Positions 1 to 11,775 of a stretch of DNA of 64,000 nt are shown here, piece by piece. Position 1 is the stretch's first letter, and each line of letters begins with the position of its first letter. The notes under the pieces are model-generated. The model searched no databases. It had not been told where the DNA came from and worked only from the letters and a program-made list of their open reading frames with translations. Both the position numbers and the translations under genes were made by a program. The DNA comes from Octopus sinensis (Eukaryota). The DNA is taken from NCBI RefSeq assembly GCF_006345805.1, contig NC_043003.1, positions 68,820,001 through 68,884,000 on the forward strand. The letters run 5' to 3'.

Positions 1-1
1 G

Positions 2-151
2 ATTCCGAAATACGACAAAAACATAACAGTCACAATTGAGGCCAATAGAAGAAATTTGGGTAATTTAAGAATTAAGGAAGCTATACTCATACACACTCTA
101 GGACCCCAAATTAACAACAGGCTAGAGGTTGGTAATCAGTATATTATTTAG
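2..151 (+). pseudogene. C-terminal end of a Penelope-like element GIY-YIG endonuclease (runs off the window start)
   Basis: Frame 2 reads ...NLRIKEAILIHTLGPQINNRLEVGNQYII*. This matches the LxIxEAxxIxxxxPxxN helix with catalytic Glu/Asn of PLE GIY-YIG domains. It is not in the ORF track because it has no start codon. Confidence 0.7.
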
Positions 152-435
152 ATACGTCTGGATGTGTGTAGGTTCATTTTTGATAATATTCTGATCTGTA
201 GCTTATAACAAAAAAAACAATAGAAGAGAAGAGAAAAAAGGAAACTGCACGTATAATACGTAACTTAGGAGCAGCGCTACGGATGTACCAGCACACACGA
301 GATTGAGACATGCTCGACCTCACACACTTCTCATGAGGAATTCCGGAAGGAGCATCGTGAGACCACTGCTGAGACGCTTCCAAAAAAATGAAAATAAAAA
401 GGAAAAGCCGTTGGAAAACCGATTATAGCAGCGAT

Positions 436-495
436 TCCATCTAAGAATATCTGAAGAAGGAATATTATTCTGAAATATCATATCAGACTATGGAT
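436..495 (+). ncRNA. Degenerate type I hammerhead ribozyme in the PLE 3' pseudo-LTR
   Basis: CTGAAGA(451-457), GAAT-att-ATTC stem II, GAAA(472-475), then TATCATATC. Stem I pairs poorly. It lies ~300 bp downstream of the GIY-YIG stop, where PLEs carry HHRs. Confidence 0.5.
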
Positions 496-1980
496 GACTA
501 AATTACAACAGGTATGTAGCCCATTGTCTGTATTATAGTGCATTGTTATACCATTCAAATCTTTTTAGATTTAGAAAATATTAGCTTTTATTAAAACTAA
601 AACTTTTATTATAAGTTATTACTTCTATTAGTTATTGCTTGTTATTTCTATTAAAAATTTTAAATAACTCAATTAAAATATTTTTTGCATGTTAAAAAAT
701 TCATTTTTTTAATTAGTAATTAATAATTAAAAAATTGAAAATAGGTTACAAAAATAATTGTAGTACATAATTAGTTACTACAATAAATAGGATAATACAA
801 AATTTAGTCATATATTACAGTAAAATCTACTTATAACAAGAAATTCACAGTAAAAGTTGCTTGAGTTATTGCCAACGCTTCACATTTTAGTATTGACCCA
901 ATGCCTATTAATTTATATAATGGATTTGCCTACCATATATACTGTTCTACTTTGCATAAAATTTTAGTTATATTGGTATTTGTGGCTGTCATTTTTTTTA
1001 GTATTCTAGTGTGTCAGTATTTTAACAAAATGATGGCAACTTTTTTAATTATAATATTACTTTGTAAATTAAAATCAAATAATTTTTAATATTTAAATTT
1101 TATCCATAGCTGCAATATTTTAGGAGGGTAGGTTGCAATATTTTAAGTAAAAATTTTCTTGTTCTGTACTTTACCAGATGTAATAACTTGTCCCGAACTT
1201 TTCCAAGTGTAATGACTTGCCCTGTACTTTTCTAAGTTTATAGTCTTAAGAATGTTATGTTTCATGCTCGCATTTTTCTATGTAATCTATGTTTTTTTTC
1301 GAAGCTATGTTATTATGTTAATTAATAATGTGTGAAATGTGTCAATTAGCGGTGTCATTGATAATTTTTTTCCTTACCTCGATGAAGCCGGTGAAATATT
1401 AAAAGTCGCCTTATAGAACTATATCCTTAAAAAAGGATAGAACTATATTTAACTCACAGCTTTTTTCCTTTAAAACTTCATTGCATGAGAGTGATACTAT
1501 GAAATTCCTCGTACTGAACCTTATCATTTCAGCTTAATTAAAAGATAGTTTCTTTTTTAAAAAAATAGAGTTAATTGTACTTAAATTCAATTTTTTGCCT
1601 TAATTTTATTTTTTTCCTGATATTTTACTTCACAGTCTGTTTGATACGAAGTTTTGTTGCATGGATCAAAACTATGAAATTCTTCATGCCTTCTTCTATC
1701 ATTGAAGCTAAGATAAATATATTTTGCTTATAAAATAGAAAAGCTGTTTGGATCTAAACTTGATTGGAGGCGTTACCTACTTTCCTACAACGTTGCTAAA
1801 ATTTTGATGTAAAACTTTTTTTCTACTGTACCAAATCTCAATTTGGTTATGCCAAAATGTAGCTAGGCACCAGTCCTCCTCAAAAGTAGTAATACTTTTC
1901 AATTTGGTTAAGAATCGAATTAACGAGAAGTTCTGAAAGATGCTGCGTGTCAGTAAATTGCGGCCTTAAGAATATCATTC

Positions 1981-2207
1981 AACTACTACTGTACTTACTT
2001 ATACTTTTACTTGGGGCGACATTCACCCTGGGCGGGTTGAGTCGGATTCATCTACCACCCACACGGCATCTCGAACCATGGCAGCCCATGCACGACGGTC
2101 CTGCGCCAGTTCATTGGAGATAGCGAGTCAGTCACGGTTCCATCGGCGCAGGCCGACCACCTGAGGTCCCGTGAGCACGGAGAGGACCTCCTTGAACTAC
2201 TACTGTA
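1981..2207 (-). mobile_element. Short 5'-truncated RTE LINE 3' end with 13-bp target site duplication
   Basis: Homologous to 23730-23920. Degenerate (AAGTA/CAAGTA) tail. AACTACTACTGTA occurs at 1981-1993 and 2195-2207. Confidence 0.8.
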
Positions 2208-3092
2208 GTTGAATGATAACTCTATGGTTCACTGCACTGCTAACTAGATCTCTTTCATATTTCAAAATCTCCGAGAGACGTGTTCAATGTAGGAATAAAA
2301 TATATATACTCAGCAGAAGTTCAGCTTCATCCAAATATAGTTGAAATATTTTCGATACATATTTTGCATACGTCTTTATTGCTAACATTAATATGAAGTA
2401 TCGGTTAGGTTACAGATTAATAAATTTGTTGGCCGAAATTTCATCGTAACATTGACAACACTGATAGTAAGAGAGACTGGAAGTTTATGACAAAAAAAAG
2501 TTAAAGCAATTTATATTTCAAAATTATCACGGAATATTAATACCTGTGTTATTGAATATTCGAATGTTTCAATAAATAGCTTTTAATGATTTCTGTTTAA
2601 ATTTTAGTTTGTTGTTATTTTTGGATTTTAAATAACTCCAGGATATTAAAGTTTTGGATATTTAAACTATTATTCCATTATTAACGCTTTCTGAATATTT
2701 GATCTGAAAATATCCACTTCAAACAATATATGGCGTCTGTAGTATCAATTTAATAGCTATGCTTATTCTTTCAGGTGCTTACTAATGTATTCATAATTAG
2801 CTGCTTTCAGGTCTCATCAGCATAAATCTAATCAATGCTGGACATTATTTCATACAAGAGAGTGAGTAGCGCAATATTTTATAAGTGTTGTCTCAAATTA
2901 ATAGTTCGACAGTCGTAACAGCTGCGTGTAATATTCAGATAAGAGATAAACTTGTTTTTCTACAACAGCTACAACTAATTGTTTGGAAGAAAACATCTTA
3001 AATTTACTCATTCCTAATTTGAATTTTTCTTCCATCTATCCATCTATCCATACACACATACATACATATATGCATACATACATACATGCATA

Positions 3093-3106
3093 CATTATTA
3101 TTATTA

Positions 3107-3148
<42 letters not shown>

Positions 3149-4378
3149 TATTATTATTATTATTATTGTTGTTATGGCTGCCTCCTCGTTATCGAGTATG
3201 GTCATTGCACGAAGCTTAACTGTTACTAGTGTTGTGATCAAATGTGACTTTTTAGCCCAGCCAAAGATCTACAATGTCTTGTACAGAATTGGCAACTAAA
3301 GCCTTTACTGGTAATAGCCGGCTGTAGTTGTAACTCGGCTTCATGTGCCTTTGCATGTCGTTTAAGTCCTGCTGCCGAATTACACTCTCTTCCACATGCC
3401 TGACAGATATGATTAGTATGGTGTGTAACTCCACCACCAGTGGTCAGGTTGTCACTCATCTGTCTCGCTTTATGACTACGAAGATGACTCTTGAGTTCAG
3501 CTTTACTGAGGCAGAGTCTTGCACAGACACTGCATGTCAGCGTCATAGGAAGACCCTTTCCATCTGGAAATGTAACAGCGATGCCCTCCCTGACATCCCT
3601 CCTTACTTACTCATGTGCAACTCGAGATTTCTCAAAAGTGGCTGTCCCCCTCATGCACAATCCTTCTCCACCTGCTACGATCAATAGCTATGCCTTCCCA
3701 TGTGTCAGGAGAGATGCAAGCATCTCTTAAGGAAGCTTTCAGCAAGTCCTTATACCTCTTGTTTGGTTTATGTGGAGGTCGTTCTCCTTTAGCTAACTCT
3801 CCATAAAAGAGTTGTTTTGGCATCCTTGAATGCTTCATCCTGACCAGATGAACACTGCATCTGAGCATTTGCTTTAACACAAGAGCTTATATACTTTCAC
3901 ACCGAGAGACCTCCAGTATTTCAAGATCATTGATGCGGTCCTTCTACTTAATGCCATAGATCCGTCTGAGACACATCTGATGGAAACGTTCCAGTTGTTT
4001 AAGGTGGTATCGATATGTGACCCACGTCTCGCAGGCATAGAGAAGAGAAGGGAGCATACATGCCTTGTACACCTTTATCTTTGTCTTTCTGCATATGTCT
4101 CGCCGACTCCAGAGGCGCTTTTCTAGCCTTCCGAAAGCAACACTTGCTTTCCTAATTCTATAAGGAATTTTATCATCCAAATTGCTATATCTATTAATAG
4201 TGCTTCCCATGTAGACAAACCGATCAACTGCATCAGGCCGTTTATCATACACATAGATATTTGGTACCCTATACTGCTTACCAGGGGCAGGTCGATGCAT
4301 GACAACAGTTTTCTTGAGATTGACTGTCAATCCTAAGGCAGTGCAAGCATCAGAGAATGCATTCAAAATGTGTTGCAT
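3093..4378 (-). mobile_element. 5'-truncated RTE-clade LINE: RT thumb, C-terminal C2H2 fingers, (TAA)n tail
   Basis: ORFs 3944-4666, 3632-3880 and 3238-3546 give LGLTVNLKKT, YMGS, LLYACETW, LERFHQMCLRRI and RMPKQLFYGEL..G.RP, then three CxxC..H fingers. The (AAT)n tail is at 3093-3175. Several frameshifts and stops. Confidence 0.9.
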
Positions 4379-4429
4379 ACATACATACATACATACATAC
4401 ATACATACATACATACATACATACATACA

Positions 4430-4459
<30 letters not shown>

Positions 4460-4460
<1 letters not shown>

Positions 4461-5805
4461 TTCAACTGAACAAATAACATCTGTACCTCAGAACTCTCTG
4501 CATTCAATAAAACATTGTTCAACAATGTGTTTAGAGTGCCAGGACTCATACCAACATCTGGTCTGCTTGATTGGACGCTTGATGAGATCCGAGCTGTTGA
4601 TGTGAAAACCCAGAAAATACTAACAAGCACGCATAACTTCCACATAAACAGTGACGTAGACCGCATCTACCTAAAACGAAAGCAAGGCGGTAGAAGCTTA
4701 ACATCGACAACATCTTTTAACCACTAAGTGTTGAAGTGCATCCCTTGACCACGTTAACTGATAACATTATAAGACTAAGATGAAAGGATGAGCCTCTATG
4801 AGCAGAAGACTATGCATGTATATGCAAATAGAAAGCTCCTCGATGATAGTAACATTAATCATCAAAGCAGTCTATCGTGACCAATAACCGAATCACTACC
4901 TCCCACTTTGAAGGGTATGCGTTTGCAATACAGGAACAGGAAATGTCAACAAAGTACCTCATGAACAAAAGGGATAGAGATGCGGCAAAAGCAGCAAAAT
5001 ATGGAAATCAATGAAGACTTTGTCAAATTAACAGCCAAGATATCGCATACAACATAAGCAGTTGTCCGAAAATGTCATAACGGTATTATCTATCGATGAG
5101 ATATGATGTTGTAACTGGGACACTCTATAATGAAATCCGTCGGAAGGGTAACCCCGAGGACAATGAAATAAGAACCCGCAGTATGGTAGAAGCTATGGCC
5201 ACTCATAATACAAAAGAGTACTGTTGGAATGTCCCAGAGGAAACTTCAATAAAATGTAAGCATAACAGATCTGATATAATGATTTGGGATCGAGAAGAGA
5301 AACTTTGTATAGTTGCCGAAATTAGCTGCTCAACGGATGTTAACAAAGCTGAATGTTAGTGAAAAAGAGAATACCTATGCTGAACTATTCAGAAATCTAC
5401 AGTTGCAATATCCAGATTACAAGTTCAGGTTTATACCTGTAATTATTGGGGGACTGGGATATGCAACATACTGCATAATTACCAATCTTGAGAAATTAGG
5501 CTTCTCAAAACTAGAGAGGAGAAAGCTGATTCGAAGACTACAGTTCCAATCCATCACTAGAACTGTAAAAACTGTAAAACTTTCCAGAAGTTTATCATTT
5601 AAATATATATGAGTATGTCTAGATATGCAACTATATGCATGAGAATATATACATAAAACATATAAATCTGCACATGCATATATATATACAAACAAAAATA
5701 CCCAGCTCTTGATATTGAAATTACAATGAAGGGGCCTTGGATCTAGGTTAGAAACCGGTTCTTACTCTATTGGCAAGAAATCTTGAAATAAACTGAATAA
5801 TGACA
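4460..5805 (+). mobile_element. 5'-truncated R4/Dong-like non-LTR retrotransposon with restriction-like endonuclease (RLE)
   Basis: DWTLDEIRAVDVKTQKILT..FHINSDVDRIYLKRKQGGRSL (RT C-terminus), HNRSDIMIWDREEKLCIVAEISC (PD..D/E RLE) and KENTYAEL..LQLQYPDYKFRFIPVIIGGLG. Flanked by (CATA)n at 4377-4459 and ~5803-5820. Confidence 0.85.
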
Positions 5806-5808
5806 TAG

Positions 5809-5842
<34 letters not shown>

Positions 5843-5974
5843 ACACATATACATATATATGTATTTATATGTATGTATATATGTGTGTGTGTTTTTATGT
5901 GCGTGAGTATTTATATACACCAACACAAACATGTGTATATATATATATATACATATATAAATACACATACATAC

Positions 5975-6023
<49 letters not shown>

Positions 6024-7110
6024 TGTGTGTATGTGCGTGTGTGTGCAGAGAGAGAGAGAGAAAACAGGAGTTCATGGTTTGAAGAGAAGAATTATTTATT
6101 TATCGCTTTCGTCCTTTTGGGGATTAATAATGAATAACTTTTTCTATAGAATATTCATACATTTTATATATCTGTGAGTTTGTTGAAAAAATCTGGAGCT
6201 GAACGTTTTCTTGGGTTTGGAAAAAGAGTGTTCTGGGAATGGTTAATAGAGCTGTTCTTTTTCATTTTGATTCTGTATGTGTATTTGTGTATATGTGTGT
6301 CTGTAAGTGCGTATGTGTGCGTATAGTGAGTTTTAAAAAAACGAAAAATAATGGAAAAAAAAAGAAAAGGGGAAGAAAGAATTAATTAATTAATGAAAAA
6401 AAGAAAGAAAGAAAGAAAGAAAGGGTATTTTTCTGGGACGGTTGAAATTGATGATAGGCCAAAAAGGTCAGATATTTTTAATCAATTCCGATAAATTTCT
6501 TTTAGTTATTACGCGACTGCCCTTTTCTTTTGTTTTTTGTAGTTGTCATGTTGCCCAGCTGTGGAAAATAGAATCTATGGAATTATTTCGCTAGTCTTTT
6601 AAATGTGAAAATGTGTATATTGAAGGGTACACATGTGTGGGTGTATTACGTATGCGCGCGCACGAGTGTGTATGTGTGTGTGTGTGCGTGTGTAGTGTGC
6701 TGTTTGTCGGCTGTTTAAGTGAATTTTCCAGTTATTTTAATAACAATAATGAGAAAAGTCTGGTTGGTGAAAATCATCTATCTTTCTATCTCACTTCCTT
6801 TCTTTCCTTTTCTTTGTTTAGAAACTCACAGCACACACATATATACACTGACATACAGATTCATACACACACATATATACACACACATACAGAGGAACAT
6901 CTCCAATAACCATTTCCCAAACACCATCTTTCCAACCCCAAGATAACAAATTCAACTCCAGATCTTAAAAAATCATTCATGAGGAATCTGAAAGCGACGA
7001 AAGCACTATATAAATAGTTCTTATTCAAGTCCTGATAACCTGTTTCTTAATCTATATAATCTGTAGATCACTCTAAACATTATATATAATACATATATAT
7101 ATATATATAT

Positions 7111-7271
<161 letters not shown>

Positions 7272-7279
7272 TATTATAT

Positions 7280-7322
<43 letters not shown>

Positions 7323-7324
7323 GT

Positions 7325-7408
<84 letters not shown>

Positions 7409-7651
7409 GTATATTATATTATATATGTATATATATATATATATATATATGTATAATATATATATATGTATATATTATATATATATATATATAAGAATAT
7501 ATATATGGTATATAATATATATATATAATACATATATATATATATGGAAATTCGGGGTGAGTACTTGATAATTATACACCTGTGCATACCGTTTGGTGGT
7601 GTAGGTGGTGGAGTAAATTGATCAAAATAAAAACATGATGCGAAGGATTCA

Positions 7652-7729
7652 GTGGTACATATGTTTCGGGCCTTTATTAGACAGATTTATAACAATGCAT
7701 AATGTATGTCTGTGGCCTTCTTCAGCCGC
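7652..7729 (-). ncRNA. Type I hammerhead ribozyme (left arm)
   Basis: Minus strand reads GCGG-CTGAAGA-A-GGCC-ACAGA...TCTGT..GGCC-C-GAAA-CATATG-TA-CCAC. Palindromic stem III ACATATGT, GUA cleavage triplet. Confidence 0.8.
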
Positions 7730-9117
7730 GCACAACAGCTTCCACAAGGACATGTGGTTACATCAAAAATTCTTGGTTGGGGATGCAAATCCTCCCATTC
7801 GCATACGACATAATGCGGCAGCAGCATAGAATTGAAGCGTCCATCTCTTTCTTCTCTCAATGTAGAATGAGGAAAAATGGATGTTGAAGTAATGTAAATA
7901 AATAAATACATGTATATACGTGAAGATGGAGGGGCGAGAATTCAGGACGAGGATAAAAATGTATAAAAAGTGTAATTATAGAAAAATATCAAAATGTAGA
8001 GCATAAAGATATAAAGAGATATAAGGAGATGTAAAGGGGGTATAAAGAATATAAAGAAATATAAAGAAATATAAATAATGTAAATCATAAGGTTATAAAG
8101 TAAAAATAGAAATAGAAATAAAAATAAAAGTAAAAAAACATGATAAAAATGTAACAAAATATAAAAAAATATAAAGATAAGGGATGTATAGAGGTTAAGG
8201 ACCAAGCATGGTGGTCAGGAGATTGATAAAATTAGTTGTAGAATTGTCAGTAAATCAACAGTTTCGTCTGGGGACCTAATGCGTTGTAAATCAGAGCTGT
8301 TGAGCGTTTAATCTGGTTCCTTGAATTATTTGGACTTCTAGTACATACATACCAACATGGATACATACACCCATATACACGCGTACATATACGCCTCCAA
8401 GCCTATAAGCATACACACGCACTCGCGTGTAAACATGCATATAAACCACACACAACCCACACGCACGTGCGTACACATACATACATACACACAGCAGAAT
8501 ATTCGCATGTATACACGGACACTATACGTGTACACACTCACATGTACATACGCGCGCCCATCCCTACATACACACACGCATATGCCCACGCTTCCAGGTC
8601 TAGATATAAGATATTAAAGGATGTATATAAGAGCGTATGTAAGGAATCACGTCTATGCGTGCACGCACACACGGCTGTGTGTACGTATGTGCGTGCACAT
8701 ATACACCTACACACACACACACAGACATATGGGTATAGCTATAAGATATCAAAATATGCATGTACATATATGCGCGCGTTTATGTATGTATGCGTATACA
8801 TACGTACACGGACGCTCGTATAGTCAAAAGTGGATCCATAGGTAAGTAAATAAACATATATAGAGATGTAAAGCGATAAGTTAGGGGTAAGAATGAGGGT
8901 AAGGGTAAAAATTAGAAATAAAAGTAAGAAATACAGTATAAAATGTAATAGTTAGAAATGAAATATAAAAATTATAAAAATTATAAGAGTTAAGGTAAGG
9001 GATGAAAATTAAAATGAGAATAAATGGAAGTAGAATAAGAGTAAAAATAAAAATAAAATAAAATAAGATAAAAATATAATTTAACATGAGATGAAGGTGG
9101 TTGAAAGTTAGAGGTGT

Positions 9118-9605
9118 GTGTTAAAAGTGCCAACACCTCCGCCTGGGATTAGCAGCACACGACCGAATAATGCAATGCAATGCAACTGCAGATGTGCATC
9201 AGAGTGCCCGCTGCAGGGCGCATGTAGGGCGAAAAACGTAATATATTCATGTGAGGTGAGTACTCAGTTTAACACACTCACCTATATTGGTTGCTCAACC
9301 TCCTGGAAATCCAGATACTACAACCACCGGTCCTCGCTGAGACACAGACATAAGTCTAACAGCACCTCCCTTTCTAAAAGAATTTGGGAATTAAAAGACA
9401 AATGTATAGGCTTCAAACTCAGATGGTCATCATCGGATCAGCTGCACCTTATTTAAATAATAGAGCAGGATGCCAACTATGTTGTGTAGAACTCCTGAAC
9501 ATCTTGAAATTCAAAGACAAACACAATCTTATTAACAAAAGGTCAGAGTTCAAACCATCCTGTATACACAAACTTATTAATACTTTCAAATACTACAAAG
9601 CTTAG
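9118..9605 (+). pseudogene. GIY-YIG endonuclease of PLE type with Cys-rich linker; one frameshift at ~9428
   Basis: Joining ORFs 9118-9456 and 9384-9605 gives CNCRCASECPLQGAC-RAKNVIY..TYIG..SWKSRYYNHRSS..TSLSKRIWELK..RWSIIGSAAPY..CQLCCVELLNIL..LINKRSEF..CIH. VIY/YIG, Arg, Glu and Asn are all present. Confidence 0.88.
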
Positions 9606-11442
9606 GTTTTATACCAACTCCCCCTTGCAATTTCCTCCCACCCGGTGCAACCTGTCGGCTCCAGCACATCCCGCTTTCCTATATGTGCGTGTATATGCGT
9701 ATGTGTGTGTGTATGTATATGTATGTGCACATATGTGTACGTATATGTACATATATATATATATATATATATGTGCGTGTGTGTGTGTGTGGAGGGGGTG
9801 TATGTGCATATATGTTTCCCTGCATTTTCCTCCTATATATACAAATTTTGTCTCCCATACATGACTTCTTTTCCCTAAATATTTCTTCTCCTACACCCAT
9901 ATCCTTCCTATATAGTCTCTTTACTTCCCTATATCTATACCCTTTCACATTTCTAACTCGGATGTTGAACGCACACCGCCAAACTCCACTTCCCACCCTT
10001 CCAATTTTCAGTTCCCCCCGCCCGCCCCTACGTGGGCACTTTTAAAACACACCCTCTAACTTTCAACCACCTTCATCTCATGTTAAATTATATTTTTATC
10101 TTATTTTATTTATTTTATTTTTACTCTTATTCTACTTCCATTTATTCTCATTTTAATTTTCATCCCTTACCTTAACTCTTATAATTTTTATAATTTTTAT
10201 ATTTCATTTCTAACTATTACATTTTATACTGTATTTCTTACTTTTATTTTTCTAATTTTTACCTTACCCTCATTCTTACCCCTAACTTATCACTTTACAT
10301 CTCTATATATGTTTATTTACTTACCTATGGATCCACTTTTGACTATACGAGCGTCCGTGTACGTATGTATACGCATACATACATAAACGCGCGCATATAT
10401 GTACATGCATATTTTGATATCTTATAGCTATACCCATATGTCTGTGTGTGTGTGTGTAGGTGTATATGTGCACGCACATACGTACACACAGCCGTGTGTG
10501 CGTGCACGCATAGACGTGATTCCTACTACGCTCTTATATACATCCTTTAATATCTTATATCTAGACCTGGAAGCGTGGGCATATGCGTGTGTGTATGTAG
10601 GGATGGGCGCGCGTATGTACATGTGAGTGTGTACACGTATAGTGTCCGTGTATACATGCGAATATTCTGCTGTGTGTATGTATGTATGTGTACGCACGTG
10701 CGTGTGGGTGTGTGTGTGTTTATATGCATGTTTACACGCGAGTGCGTGTGTATGCTTATAGGCTTGGAGGCGTATATGTACGCGTGTATATGGGTGTATG
10801 TATCCATGTTGGTATGTATGTACTAGAAGTCCAAATAATTCAAGGAACCAGATTAAACGCTCAACAGCTCTGATTTACAACGCATTAGGTCCCCAGACGA
10901 AACTGTGATTTACTGACAATTCTACAACTAAATTTTATCAATCTCCTGACCACCATGCTTGGTCCTTAACCTCTATACATCCCTTATCTTTATATTTTTT
11001 TATATTTTGTTACATTTTTATCATGTTTTTTTACTTTTATTTTTATTTCTATTTCTATTTTTACTTTATAACCTTATGACTTTACATTTATTTATATTCT
11101 TTATATTCTTTATATTCTTTATACCCCCTTTACATCTCCTTATATCTCTTTATATCTTTATGCTCTACATTTTGATATTTTTCTATACTACACACTTTTT
11201 ATAACATTTTTATCCCTCGTCCTGAATTCTCGCCCCTCCATCTTCACGTATATACATGTATTTATTTATTTACATTACTTCAACATCCTTTTTTCCTCAT
11301 CCTACATTGAGAGAAGAAAGAGATGGACGCTTCAATTCTATGCTGCTGCCGCATTATTCGTACGCGACGCGGGAGGGAAGGATTTGCATCCCAACACACC
11401 AGAATTTTGATGTAACACATGTCCTTGTGTGAAGCTGTTGTG

Positions 11443-11520
11443 CGCGCTGAAGAAGGCCACAGACATACATTATGCATTGTTATAAATCTGTCTAATAAAG
11501 GCCCGAAACATATGTACCGC
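11443..11520 (+). ncRNA. Type I hammerhead ribozyme (right arm)
   Basis: CTGAAGA at 11447, stem II GGCC/GGCC plus ACAGA/TCTGT, GAAA 11505-11508, ACATATGT stem III, GTA 11514-11516, then CCGC. The consensus of the two arms gives a perfect GCGG/CCGC stem I. Confidence 0.8.
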
Positions 11521-11584
11521 TGAATCCTTCGCATCATGTTTTTATTTTGATCAATTATATATATATATGTATATTATATATACA

Positions 11585-11626
<42 letters not shown>

Positions 11627-11775
11627 ATATATATAATATATATATATATATAGATAGATATATATATATATGTATGTATGTTATATATAATATATATAGT
11701 GAGAAATAACAAAAAAACAAGACGGGCGAGTAACAACATACAGATGTATTAGTTTAACGATTGGGAAGTGAGAAG

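Larger units (their letters stand above)
7546..11556 (+). mobile_element. Palindromic Penelope-like (probably Naiad-type) element: inverted ~1.5-kb arms around an RT-less GIY-YIG segment, inserted in (TA)n
   Basis: 7616-9131 is the reverse complement of 10035-11556, with only scattered substitutions and 1-2 bp indels. Each arm has an HHR. GIY-YIG at 9118-9605. (TA)n flanks at ~7080-7545 and 11557-11700. Confidence 0.85.

Noticed and set aside
2790-2830. CTGATGA-GACCT-GAAA-GCAGC-TA on the minus strand
   Set aside because: No stem I pairing and no real stem II; cannot be supported as an HHR.
5720-5770. CAATGAAGG..GAAACCGGTTC HHR-like string
   Set aside because: The core is non-canonical and the string is in the R4 3' UTR, where an ordinary hairpin explains it.
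8835-8846. Perfect splice donor AG|GTAAGT upstream of the EN ORF
   Set aside because: The sequence before 9118 is purine-rich, with no polypyrimidine tract or acceptor to splice into the EN.
8878-8910. TTAGGGG/GGGTAAGGGTAA telomere-like sequence
   Set aside because: No true (TTAGGG)n array; it is part of the degenerate purine-rich block in the arm.
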